From: an uncultured Armatimonadetes bacterium | GTDB taxonomy: Bacteria > Armatimonadota > Hebobacteria > Hebobacterales > Hebobacteraceae | Direction: 5' to 3' | Length of the DNA stretch: 64,000 nucleotides | Assembly (NCBI GenBank): GCA_963716175.1 | Contig: OY970296.1 | Location: 3,776,001-3,840,000 of the forward strand | In this document: positions 10,398 to 19,751 of the stretch, one piece after another | Position numbering within the stretch: position 1 is the first letter of the stretch | Layout of the letters: each line of letters begins with the position of its first letter | Notes under the pieces: model-generated | Seen by the model: the letters and a program-made list of their open reading frames with translations, nothing else | Told to the model about the DNA's origin: nothing | The model's database searches: none | Position numbers and translations under genes: made by a program

Positions 10398-11675
10398 CTA
10401 TCCCCGCACCGCGCGCCCGCTCCGCACCAGGCCTTCGATTAGCTTCTCCCCCAGCGCCGGCCTATAGGGGTGACGGCCCATCATCAGCGGCACCCCATGG
10501 GCAGCGTAATCGCCGCTGGGCGGATCGAACCTGTCCAGCGTGGGGGCATAGCCCTCATAGCCGTTCGCGTACCCGACTACCCAGGCCTTCTCGCCCAACT
10601 CCGCCCGGATATCCAGGCCGATCTGGGTGAACATCTCGAAGGGGTGGAAGACAAGTACTCGCTCGCCCAATCCCAGCGCGGCGATGGGCGCCTCCCGCTG
10701 GGGCTGTCTCATCTTCCTCAGCTTCTCGCCCTCGGCGCGCAGCGCTGCCGCCGATAGCGGTCCCAGCCGCGTCCATCCTGCTGCTCGCCTGGCGGCGCTG
10801 GCCTCGAAGGCGCGGATGGTCTCCTCGCTCAGGACCGCCACCGGCAGGGGCAGCTTCTCCGACAGCATCCTTACCGGCCCATCTGGCTCTGCGCTGGCTG
10901 TGCTCATCGCCTGCTCCACGGCGCGCCGGAAGCGGTAACCGAAATGGGCGAGATGGACGATGGAACGCTCCTGCCTCATGTGTGCGAGCGCGGGGTTGAT
11001 GTCCCCGCAATAGCCCTGGAGGAAGCTGCACACCGCTCCTTCCTGCTGGGCCTCCAGGGCCTGCATCGCCACCCCGCAGAAGTCCGGCGAGATCACCCGG
11101 CACTGCTCGCAAAGCAGCACGGGATGGCAGGTGTAGTGGGCCCAGAGGCCGAGCAGCTTCCCACCCTCCCGGGCTCGGAAAGAGAGCGTCCTCAGCATAG
11201 TATCGCGGGGCCCGTTGGGCCCGTACACGCGGTTGCGGCTGAAGCCATCCAGGGTAGTGGCGCCGCTCTCAATCACCGCCGGCGCCGCCGCGCTCCTCGC
11301 CCCGGCCGCGGCCTTCGCGGCCAGCCCGGGCAAACGGCCGGCAGTGGCCCGGTCGAACTCACCCCAGCCCAGAATGGGCATGACCGACGGCGCCGAATGG
11401 GTATGCGTGCAGGTAGCGACCACGCGGTCCGAACCCACCGCCGCGGCCTCGGCGGCCGCCCGTCGCACTGCCTCCGCCAGATCTTCTCGCAGGCCGCAGA
11501 GATCGAGCGACAGCACCAGCGCGGCCCCGCTCCCGTCCTCCAGGTACGTCGCGCGAAGGTGAATGGGCTGGAGCGTTTCCAGCGCGGTGCGGCCCAGGAA
11601 AGGCCCAAAGCCCATCATCTCTGGCTGCTCGCCGGCCGGAGGCGTGATCTCAACCCTGGCAAAGCCCGCCAGCAC
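10398..11675 (-). CDS. Neutral/alkaline ceramidase-like amidohydrolase
   Basis: ITPP, THTHSAP, HYTCHP, ISPDF, QGYCGDINP and GYANGYEGYAP. Confidence 0.75.
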   Translation of the reverse strand: MLAGFARVEITPPAGEQPEMMGFGPFLGRTALETLQPIHLRATYLEDGSGAALVLSLDLCGLREDLAEAVRRAAAEAAAVGSDRVVATCTHTHSAPSVMPILGWGEFDRATAGRLPGLAAKAAAGARSAAAPAVIESGATTLDGFSRNRVYGPNGPRDTMLRTLSFRAREGGKLLGLWAHYTCHPVLLCEQCRVISPDFCGVAMQALEAQQEGAVCSFLQGYCGDINPALAHMRQERSIVHLAHFGYRFRRAVEQAMSTASAEPDGPVRMLSEKLPLPVAVLSEETIRAFEASAARRAAGWTRLGPLSAAALRAEGEKLRKMRQPQREAPIAALGLGERVLVFHPFEMFTQIGLDIRAELGEKAWVVGYANGYEGYAPTLDRFDPPSGDYAAHGVPLMMGRHPYRPALGEKLIEGLVRSGRAVRG

Positions 11676-11676
11676 G

Positions 11677-12915
11677 CTAATCCCTCAGCTCATCCCTATG
11701 CTGGAAGATCTTGGCAATCGCCTCCCCGATCCTGTCCATGTCCCCGGGGGTGAGGAGCAAAGTCTCGTGGGGAGTGACCACTCGCTCGCGGTAGGCTTGC
11801 AGCTCCGCCGTAGGCAGCTCGAACCGTGCGACGTCAACCTGCTTCCAGTAGCAGTCATTGAGGCGATGGCGCTGCTTGGTGTGCGGCTGATAGAGCGGGC
11901 TCTTGTTCAGGGGCTCATAGCCGCTCCAGAACCCCAGGCCGGTCTCGGCCGAGAGCGCGGCGCAGAAGCGATCGCGGGTGACCCCGCCCCATTCCTCCGG
12001 GATGAAGCGGAAGCCATAGGCGTAGTAGCTCTGCCGCGTCACCGCCTCGTGCCGCTTCAGCGGACGCACCCCGGGCGCTTCCATCAAGAGCTGATTGAGA
12101 CGCTGGGCGCAGGCCTCGCGCCGGTCCAGGTGGGAGGGCAGCCGCTCCAGTTGGCCGAGCAGGACTGCCGCCTGCCACTCGGTGATGCGGAAATTGCCGG
12201 ACTGGACATAGCGCTGCTCGCCCTCGGGAAAATGGGGTGAGAAGCGGCCGCAATTCCGTAGTTGATCCAGCCGGCAGAACAGCTTGTCATCCTGCACCAG
12301 GATCCCCCCGCCCTCACCGCAGGTCATCACTTTGCTCTGCTGGAAGCTGAATGTCCCCACCTCGCCGATCGTCCCGGCGCCCTTTCCTCGCCACTGAGAA
12401 CCGTGCTGATGCGCGCAGTCCTCGACCACGCTCAGCCCGTGGCGGCTGGCCAGTTCCATGATCGCGTCCATGTCGGTCATGCAGCCATAGAGGTGAACCA
12501 CTGCGATCGCCCGGGTGCGGGAGGTGATGGCGGCCTCGGCGGCCTTGGGAGCAATGCACCAGGTATCGGGCTCAATGTCCACCAGCACCGGCACCGCGTT
12601 CACATCCAGCACCGCGGCGGCGGTGGCCTGCCAGGTGGAGGCCGGGACCAGCACCTCGTCACCCGCCCCGATGTCCAGCCCCTCATAGGCCAACTGCAGC
12701 GCGTGGGTGCCGTTGGTCACCAGCAGAGCATGCTTGGACCCGTTGAACGCGGCCCAGGCCTCGTTGAAGGAGGTCTCCATCTCCCCCATCCAGGACCAGG
12801 CCCCGCTCTCCAACACCTTGAGCACCCGGCGCTTCTCCTGCTCGCCATGCATGGGCCAGGCCGGAGTCTGCAGGGACGCCACCGGTTTGCCGCCTGAGAT
12901 TGCCAGTTCCGCCAT
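11677..12915 (-). CDS. DegT/DnrJ/EryC1/StrS aminotransferase (BtrR/StsC scyllo-inosose aminotransferase-like)
   Basis: NGTHAL, EDCAHQHG, FSFQQSKVMTCGEGG and GNFRITEWQAAVL. Confidence 0.85.
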   Translation of the reverse strand: MAELAISGGKPVASLQTPAWPMHGEQEKRRVLKVLESGAWSWMGEMETSFNEAWAAFNGSKHALLVTNGTHALQLAYEGLDIGAGDEVLVPASTWQATAAAVLDVNAVPVLVDIEPDTWCIAPKAAEAAITSRTRAIAVVHLYGCMTDMDAIMELASRHGLSVVEDCAHQHGSQWRGKGAGTIGEVGTFSFQQSKVMTCGEGGGILVQDDKLFCRLDQLRNCGRFSPHFPEGEQRYVQSGNFRITEWQAAVLLGQLERLPSHLDRREACAQRLNQLLMEAPGVRPLKRHEAVTRQSYYAYGFRFIPEEWGGVTRDRFCAALSAETGLGFWSGYEPLNKSPLYQPHTKQRHRLNDCYWKQVDVARFELPTAELQAYRERVVTPHETLLLTPGDMDRIGEAIAKIFQHRDELRD

Positions 12916-13041
12916 CACATCTCCTCCGGGGTTCGGTTTGGCAGACCAGGTTGCACGTCGTCAGTCCGGCTTCCTGCCGCCAAGCGCGGCTGGAGTTGTA
13001 CTGCGCAGCAGAACTGCCTGGTGGAGGAACCAGAGCGCGCC

Positions 13042-13965
13042 CTACGAGTGCAACTGCACTGACCCTACCAAGTCAGCCGCGCGCGCGACCCGGTGCCGAA
13101 TCAGGTAGTCGCGGATCCCGGCGAGCACGCGATTGCCGGCGGCGGGGTCGCCGTAGAGCGCAGTGCCCACCGCCACCGCCGAGGCGCCGGCGAGGATGAA
13201 CTCCAAGGCATCGGAGGCGTTCCAGATCCCTCCCATCCCGATCACCGGGATCGCCACCGCCCGCGCCACCTGGAACACCCGATAGACCGCGGCCGGCCGA
13301 ATCGCCGGCCCCGAGAGGCCGCCGGTGTTGGCGGCGAGAATCGGCCGCCGGGTCTCCACATCTATCACCATCGCCGAGAAGGTGTTGACCAGGGAGACGG
13401 CATCGGCCCCGGCGCGCTCGCAGGCGGCGGCGATAGCGGCGATATCGGTGACATTCGGGGTCAGCTTGGCGATGATCGGCTTGCTGGTCTGGGCCCGCAC
13501 TGCCGACACCACCTCAGCGCTGGCTTCGGCGTCCACCCCGAAGGCCATCCCGCCCTGCTTGACATTGGGGCAGGAGATGTTGATCTCGATCCCCGAGACG
13601 TGGGCCGAGTCCAGGGCGCGGGCGCACTCGCCGAACTCCTCCGGCGTGTCGCCGGCGATGCTGGCGATGACGTGCGTGCCATAGCTGAGGGCCGCGGGCA
13701 GCTTATCCCGCAGGAAGGCCTCCAGGCCCACGTTCTCCAGGCCGATGGCATTGATCATGCCGGCCGGAGTCTCTGCGGTGCGGGAGGCGGGAGGGTTTCC
13801 CAGCCGTGGCCGCAGGGTGACGGTCTTGAGCAGCAGCGCACCCAGCTCCCCATAGGGCGCCAGCTCCATAAACTCATCGCCATACCCGAAGACCCCGGAG
13901 GCCAGCATCACCGGGTTCTTCATGGTTATGGCGCCAATGCGCACGGTGAGATCGGGTTCGCTCAT
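13042..13965 (-). CDS. pyrD: Dihydroorotate dehydrogenase 1B catalytic subunit
   Basis: KNPVMLASG, NAIGLEN, NISCPN, KLTPN and GGLSGPAI. Confidence 0.95.
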   Translation of the reverse strand: MSEPDLTVRIGAITMKNPVMLASGVFGYGDEFMELAPYGELGALLLKTVTLRPRLGNPPASRTAETPAGMINAIGLENVGLEAFLRDKLPAALSYGTHVIASIAGDTPEEFGECARALDSAHVSGIEINISCPNVKQGGMAFGVDAEASAEVVSAVRAQTSKPIIAKLTPNVTDIAAIAAACERAGADAVSLVNTFSAMVIDVETRRPILAANTGGLSGPAIRPAAVYRVFQVARAVAIPVIGMGGIWNASDALEFILAGASAVAVGTALYGDPAAGNRVLAGIRDYLIRHRVARAADLVGSVQLHS

Positions 13966-14862
13966 GCCTCCAGGTGGTCCCAGGCGATATCGCTGGCGTA
14001 GAAGACAGGCCCGTCGCGGCAGACGGTGCGGTAGCTCACCCCTCCGTCGGCGAGCACCGGCACAACGCAGGAGCGGCAGGCCCCCACTCCGCAGGCCATC
14101 CGCTCCTCCAGGGAGACTTGCAGCGGCAAGTGCACCCCGGTGACCTCGGCGAGGCGCTTGAGCATGGCCCGGGGCCCGATCGCGAAGACATCAACGCCCT
14201 CCGCCGGCAGCTCGCCCAGCCGCGCCTCGAAGACTTCCGTGATCAGCAGCCCCTCCACCGACTCGCTCACGAATAGGACTTCCGCGCCCATCTCCGTCAG
14301 CTCCGGGATGGTGGCGCGGCCCGCTCGGGGACGGCGGACGGAGAAAGGCACCTTCTCATCGTCGGCGGCGCCGGCCATCACCATCACCCGGATGCCGCGC
14401 TCCACCAGTCGCTGGATCAGGAAGGGCGCCGGCGCCAGACCCACGCCGCCAGCCACCAGCACGGCCAACTGCAAGCCGTCTCGGATGCGAAACCCATGTC
14501 CCAGAGGCCCGATCACATCCAGGAGCTCCCCGGCAGCCTTCCCCGCCAGCATCCGACCCCCGGTTCCTCGCGCCCGCAGCAGCACCTCGATGCCATCAGG
14601 AGGCCGGAGCCGCGGAGATGCTGAAGGGCCGCCGCAGGATGGCCGCGCAAGGCGGCCGCTCGATCTCCTCCGGCGGGTGGCACCAGACGTGGAGGAACTG
14701 GCCGGGCTCGGCCGCGGCCGCGATTTCGGGCGATTCCAGCACCAGGCGGTGGTGCTCGCCGTGCAGGCGAACGCTTTCCCGAAGCGGGGCCCGGGCACGC
14801 CAGAGGCGAGGCCGCGACAGAGCGCCCGCCCCAGAGCCCGTCCCGGCTCCGGGACCGCTCAC
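13962..14862 (-). CDS. pyrK: Dihydroorotate dehydrogenase electron transfer subunit (frameshift near 14610)
   Basis: PGQF..LRRPFSI in one frame; GPLGHGF, AGGVGLAP, MACGVGACRSC and CRDGPVF in the next. Confidence 0.9.
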
Positions 14863-16274
14863 TTCTCCTCTTCCTGGGCTTTCTTCACTTCCTCGACATG
14901 CACGCCCGTGCTCTCTGTCACTGGCGGCTGCACCCCGGCGCGATCGGTCACCGTAGCGGTGACGATGTAGTCCCCCGGCTTCTTGTAGATGTACTTCACC
15001 TTGGGCCCTACGGCCTGGGGTTCGCGCTTGCCGGAGTCGCCGAAATTCCAGGCCACCTCAGGGTCCGAGGCCCCGCCGGTGATCTCGGTGCTGAAGCTGA
15101 TCAGCTCGTCCGTGCGGGCCACCCCGGGATCAGCCTTCACCGCCGCCCGCACGGGCGTGTGATCAACAGTCAACCGCACTTGTCCCAGGTAGAAGGTGTC
15201 GGATTGATCGGCGAAGATGCCCACCGCGCGCAGGAGCGTGGCCCCCTTCTCTCCCTGGAAGCGCGAGAGCGGAACGGTCACAGGCAGCCAGCCGCGCTTA
15301 TCCTTCGCCAGCGCTCCCGCGGGGACCGGATCGGCGACGATCTCTCCCCGATCAGTGAATAGCACGAGGCGCAGGCTTTTCAGTGTCAGCGCCTTCTCCC
15401 CAGGTGGGCCTGCTGGCCTGGCGCCGGCCTGGCCGGCCCGGGTACCTCCCCGCGTGCCAGCGCCGCCCCGCGCTCCGCCCCCGCGGGCGCCTCCACCGCC
15501 GCGCGTCCCACCTCCGCCTCGGCCGCCACCACCCATCCCGCCACCGCGGCCGCCGCCGCCCATGCCGCCGCCGCGACCGCCACCACCACGGCCTCCGCCA
15601 CCGCCCATCCCGCCGCCCCCGCGGCCTCCTCGGCCGCCAGTCAGCACCAGCTCGTATTGAGTGCCCACAGCCGCCGCCGTGGTCACCGCTGGTGGCCCGG
15701 CCTCGGCTCTCCCGCCCCGCCGGCCGCCGCCTCCGCCGCCCATGCCACCGCCGCCGCGACCTCCGCCGCCGCGACCTCCACCTCCGCCACCGCGGCCTCC
15801 ACCGCCCATGCCACCGCCGCCGCGACCTCCGCCGCCTCCGCGGGCTCCGCCGCCACCGCGCCCTCCGGCGCCACCGCGCTGCTGGCGTGCTGCTGCCGCC
15901 TGCTCAGGCGTCTCTTTGGGCTTGGGCACCTGCGCCGGCAGGATACGCAGATCCAGGTAGCTGTCGGGTGAGGCGAGGAAGTCTTCCAGGCTTACGGGCC
16001 GGGCCAGATGCAGCACGATCCCCTGGTAAGGGCCCTGGGAGGTGACCTTCAGCACCTCGGGGCCGACGTACACCTGATCGTACACCGACTCGGCTTTCCC
16101 GCTTCCCCAAGGTGTGATCTTGATGCCGCCCGAGTCCTTCTGGAGATCGCCGTCGTAGATCAGCGCCACCTTCTCCGGGCCCAGGATGGAGCCAAGCTGT
16201 GCGCTCCCGATGGCCGCCGCCAGCAGGACCAGCCCCATCCCTGTGACCAGGCCGACCACGTGAAGGCGAGACAT
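14859..16274 (-). CDS. Secreted PKD-domain protein with long Gly/Arg (RGG) low-complexity inserts
   Basis: Hydrophobic signal-like N-terminus; WNFGD..YIYKKPGDYIVTATVTD PKD motif; GGGGRGGG tracts. Confidence 0.7.
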   Translation of the reverse strand: MSRLHVVGLVTGMGLVLLAAAIGSAQLGSILGPEKVALIYDGDLQKDSGGIKITPWGSGKAESVYDQVYVGPEVLKVTSQGPYQGIVLHLARPVSLEDFLASPDSYLDLRILPAQVPKPKETPEQAAAARQQRGGAGGRGGGGARGGGGGRGGGGMGGGGRGGGGGGRGGGGRGGGGMGGGGGGRRGGRAEAGPPAVTTAAAVGTQYELVLTGGRGGRGGGGMGGGGGRGGGGRGGGMGGGGRGGGMGGGGRGGGGTRGGGGARGGGARGGAGTRGGTRAGQAGARPAGPPGEKALTLKSLRLVLFTDRGEIVADPVPAGALAKDKRGWLPVTVPLSRFQGEKGATLLRAVGIFADQSDTFYLGQVRLTVDHTPVRAAVKADPGVARTDELISFSTEITGGASDPEVAWNFGDSGKREPQAVGPKVKYIYKKPGDYIVTATVTDRAGVQPPVTESTGVHVEEVKKAQEEEK

Positions 16275-16302
16275 GATCACCACCTCCCCTGCTCCTGCGC
16301 TG

Positions 16303-17451
16303 CTAGCAGACAAAGCAAGATAGCGTTTCATTAGATATCAGCCACCTTTCCGGTGGTATCCGCAGCCTACCCCCAGCGGAGATCAGCAGGCCCTCTCGGC
16401 ACAGCTCCTCGATCTCCCGGCCGAAGGCCTCCCGCGGGCTCATCCCGCACTGCCCCGCCACCGCCTGCTCCTCTATCCCCTCGGCGCGGCGCAGCCCCAG
16501 CATCAGGGTCTCGCCGACCCTCCGCCGCGCCGATAGGCACTCCGCTCGCGCCACCGGCAGCCGTCCCTGCTCCAGCCACTCGGTATAGACTCGCACCTCC
16601 GCCACATTGTTCCAGCGCAAGCCGCCCCGGTAGGAATGGGCTGATGCGCCAATACCCAGGTATTCGTGGTTCGCCCAGTATCTCCTGTTGTGCCGGCATT
16701 CCAGGCCGGGCCGGGCGAAGTTGGAGATCTCGTAATGCTGGTAGCCGGCCCCGGTCAGCAGATCGTGGGCGGCCTGGTACATGTCAGCACAGCCATCCTC
16801 GTCGGGGAGCGCCAGTTCCCCGGCCTCGATCTCCCCCGCCAGCCGGGTCCCGCTCTCCACAGAGAGAGCGTAGGCCGATAGGTGGGCCGGCTCGGCTGCG
16901 ATCGCCCGGCGCAGCGTCTCCTCCCAATCCCGCAGGGACTGCCCTGGCACCCCGTAGATCAGGTCCAGGTTGAGGTTGCTCCAACCCGCGGCGCGGGTCG
17001 TCCCGATCGCCGCCTGGGCTTCGCGCGCGCTATGCGCGCGGCCCAGGGTGCGGAGCACCGAGTCGGAGAAAGACTGCACTCCCAGGCTGAGGCGGTTGAT
17101 ACCGGCCGCCAGCAGCGCGCTGAGCTTGGCTTCATCCACGGTCCCGGGGTTGGCCTCCACCGTCACCTCCGCGCCGGCCGCCGCCGGAAAGCGTCTGCCG
17201 ACGCGCCCCACCAGCTCCGTCAGCCACTCCGCGGGCAGGACAGTCGGCGTCCCGCCGCCGAGATAGATGCTATCAACTGGCGCGCCATGGAACTCCGCGG
17301 AGGCAGCGCGGAGGTCGAGCTCGATGTTGAGGGCGTCGAGATAGCGATGGGCGAAGGCCAGGCCGCCGGCCGCCTCCAGCGGCAGAGAGGCGAAATCGCA
17401 GTAGGCGCACTTGCTGAGACAGAACGGTAGATGGAGGTAGAGGCCGATCAT
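16303..17451 (-). CDS. hemW: Radical SAM heme chaperone HemW (HemN-like)
   Basis: YLHLPFCLSKCAYCDF, GGGTP, NRLSLGVQSF and YEISNF; downstream of lepA. Confidence 0.9.
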   Translation of the reverse strand: MIGLYLHLPFCLSKCAYCDFASLPLEAAGGLAFAHRYLDALNIELDLRAASAEFHGAPVDSIYLGGGTPTVLPAEWLTELVGRVGRRFPAAAGAEVTVEANPGTVDEAKLSALLAAGINRLSLGVQSFSDSVLRTLGRAHSAREAQAAIGTTRAAGWSNLNLDLIYGVPGQSLRDWEETLRRAIAAEPAHLSAYALSVESGTRLAGEIEAGELALPDEDGCADMYQAAHDLLTGAGYQHYEISNFARPGLECRHNRRYWANHEYLGIGASAHSYRGGLRWNNVAEVRVYTEWLEQGRLPVARAECLSARRRVGETLMLGLRRAEGIEEQAVAGQCGMSPREAFGREIEELCREGLLISAGGRLRIPPERWLISNETLSCFVC

Positions 17452-17465
17452 AGGCGGTAAAGACC

Positions 17466-17923
17466 CTCCGCCGATGGACGCCGATAAACGCAGATAAGAC
17501 TCTCGAAGAACACCTTCAGAACTCCCTCACAAGCCTGCACATCTGGAGTCGCGGTTTGCCGAAGTTGAACAGGAGGCAGACGCGACGCTCGGTTGCCTTC
17601 AGATAGTTCAGGCACTGGGCAGTATGCGACGTATCCAGCGCATCTCCGGCCTTTACCTCGACGATCACGGCATCTTCTACCAGCAGATCGAGTATGCCCT
17701 CTCCGACCAACTCGCCTTTATAGCGGACCTGCACCAGCTTCTGCTGCTCGACTCTCAAGCCCGCGCGCCGCAGCTCAACCGCCAACGCGTTTTCGTAGAC
17801 CTTCTCGAGGAAGCCGCAGCCCAGCGTATTGCTGACCTCGTAGGCGCACCCAACTATCCGCTCCGTCAGCCGGTCCAGTTCTGTTCGTCGTTCATCAGCG
17901 TTCATCGGCGTCCATCGGCGGAG
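17466..17923. mobile_element. Putative GxxExxY mini-element with 32-bp terminal inverted repeats
   Basis: 17466-17497 CTCCGCCGATGGACGCCGATAAACGCAGATAA versus reverse complement of 17892-17923 CTCCGCCGATGGACGCCGATGAACGCTGATGA (3 mismatches); lies between lepA and hemW. Confidence 0.65.
17516..17905 (-). CDS. GxxExxY protein (PD-(D/E)XK nuclease superfamily)
   Basis: GFLEKVYENAL, DLLVE..VEVK, AQCLNYL and LLFNFG; 129 aa. Confidence 0.92.
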   Translation of the reverse strand: MNADERRTELDRLTERIVGCAYEVSNTLGCGFLEKVYENALAVELRRAGLRVEQQKLVQVRYKGELVGEGILDLLVEDAVIVEVKAGDALDTSHTAQCLNYLKATERRVCLLFNFGKPRLQMCRLVREF

Positions 17924-17935
17924 AGCCGTTGCTTT

Positions 17936-19744
17936 TCAGTCCGCGATCTTGAGCACGCTGAGGAAGGCTTCCTGAGGGATATCAACCTTGCCGATCTGGC
18001 GCATGCGCTTCTTGCCGGCCTTCTGCTTTTCGAGCAGCTTCCGCTTCCGGGTGACGTCCCCGCCGTAGCACTTGGCGACCACATTCTTGCGCAGCGGCGC
18101 CACTCGCTCCGAGGCGATGATCCGCGATCCCAGGGCGGCCTGGATGCGGATCTCGAAGAGTTGCCGCGGCAGCGCCTTGCGCAGCCGCTCGACCAGCACC
18201 CGGCCCCGGTGCTGGGCGCGAGACTTGTGCGTGATCACCGAGAGCGCATCCACCGAGCTGCCATTGATGAGAATATCCAGCTTCACCAGCTCGTCCTCGC
18301 GGTAGCCGACGAACTCGTAATCGAGGGAGGCGTAGCCGCGGCTGCGGGACTTGAGCTGATCGAAGAAGTCCAGCAGAATCTCCGACAGCGGGAGCATGTA
18401 CCTGATCACCACCCGGTCGGTGTGCGACTGCTCCATGGCCTCGTACTCGCCCCGCCGGTCCTGGCACAGCTCCAGGCAGGGGCCGACGTATGCGGACGGG
18501 GTCATGATCGTCACCCGGATGTAGGGCTCCTCGATCTTCGCGATCTTCTCTATGGGCGGCAGCTTCGCCGGGCTGTCGCATTCGACCGCCTCGCCGGCGG
18601 TGGTGTGAACCCGATAGACCACGCTCGGCGCGGTGGCCACCAGGTCCAGCTCGTACTCCCGCTCCAACCGCTCCTGCACGATATCCATGTGCAGCAGCCC
18701 CAGGAATCCGCAGCGAAACCCAAAACCCAACGCCGCCGAGGTCTCGGCCTCGTAGCTCAGGGAGGCGTCGTTCAGGCTGAGCTTCTCGAGCGCGGTTCGC
18801 AGGTACGGGTAATCGGAGTTCTCCGAGGGGTAGATCCCGCAGAACACCATTGGCTTGAGGTGCCGGTATCCCGCGAGGGGCGCGGCGGCGGGCCGGCTGG
18901 CCTCGGTGATGGTTTCGCCCACCGGCGCCTGGCCGATCTCCTTCATGCCGGCCATCACGTAGCCCACCGCGCCGGCCGCTAGCTCTGAGACCGGCTCCAG
19001 TAGCAGGCGAAACACTCCCACCTCCTGCACCTCGAAGCGCTGGCCGGTGGACATCATCTGAATCTCCACGCCCGCGGACAAACGCCCATTCCGCACGCGC
19101 ACATAGGCCACGATGCCGCGATAGGGGTCGAAGTGGGAATCGAACACGAGCGCCTGCAGAGGCGCCTCGGGATCGCCGCTCGGCGGCGGGATGCGGCCTA
19201 CCACGGCCTCCAGCACATCCTCCACCCCGATCCCGAGTTTCGCGCTGGCCAGCAGGGCCTCGCCCCGGTCCATCCCGATGATCTCCTCCAACTCCAGCAG
19301 CGCCCGCTCGGGGGATGCGTTGGGCAGGTCTATCTTGTTGATCACCGGGATGATGGTCAGGCCCTGCTCCTCTGCCAGGTGGACATTGGCTACCGTCTGC
19401 GCCTCCACGCCCTGCGCCGCGTCGATCACCAGCAGCGCCCCCTCCGCCGCCGCCAGGGAGCGCGACACCTCATAGGTGAAATCCACGTGCCCCGGGGTGT
19501 CAATCAGGTTGAGCAGGTAGTCCTGGCCGTCCCTGGCGCGGTAGGTGCTGCGGATGGCGCTGGCCTTGATGGTGATGCCGCGCTCGCGCTCCAGGTCCAT
19601 TTGATCCAGGACCTGCTCCCGCATTTCGCGCTCGCCCAGCGCGTGCGTGATCTCGAGAATCCGATCCGCCAGCGTGGACTTGCCGTGGTCAATGTGCGCG
19701 ATGATGCAGAAGTTGCGAATGCGTTCTTGCTCGGAGAGTGGCAT
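17936..19744 (-). CDS. lepA: Elongation factor 4
   Basis: [39 protein letters not shown] and [14 protein letters not shown]. Confidence 0.98.
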   Translation of the reverse strand: MPLSEQERIRNFCIIAHIDHGKSTLADRILEITHALGEREMREQVLDQMDLERERGITIKASAIRSTYRARDGQDYLLNLIDTPGHVDFTYEVSRSLAAAEGALLVIDAAQGVEAQTVANVHLAEEQGLTIIPVINKIDLPNASPERALLELEEIIGMDRGEALLASAKLGIGVEDVLEAVVGRIPPPSGDPEAPLQALVFDSHFDPYRGIVAYVRVRNGRLSAGVEIQMMSTGQRFEVQEVGVFRLLLEPVSELAAGAVGYVMAGMKEIGQAPVGETITEASRPAAAPLAGYRHLKPMVFCGIYPSENSDYPYLRTALEKLSLNDASLSYEAETSAALGFGFRCGFLGLLHMDIVQERLEREYELDLVATAPSVVYRVHTTAGEAVECDSPAKLPPIEKIAKIEEPYIRVTIMTPSAYVGPCLELCQDRRGEYEAMEQSHTDRVVIRYMLPLSEILLDFFDQLKSRSRGYASLDYEFVGYREDELVKLDILINGSSVDALSVITHKSRAQHRGRVLVERLRKALPRQLFEIRIQAALGSRIIASERVAPLRKNVVAKCYGGDVTRKRKLLEKQKAGKKRMRQIGKVDIPQEAFLSVLKIAD

Positions 19745-19751
19745 GGGATCC

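Noticed and set aside
15430-15900. CCG/CCA-rich tract as a non-coding tandem repeat or a Pro-rich plus-strand gene
   Set aside because: It is the antisense of the Gly/Arg tract in the PKD protein.
17624-18982. Long antisense ORFs (e.g. 17624..18982, 41914..43497, 8361..9674)
   Set aside because: Typical high-GC antisense frames over well-conserved genes, with no motifs or RBS.
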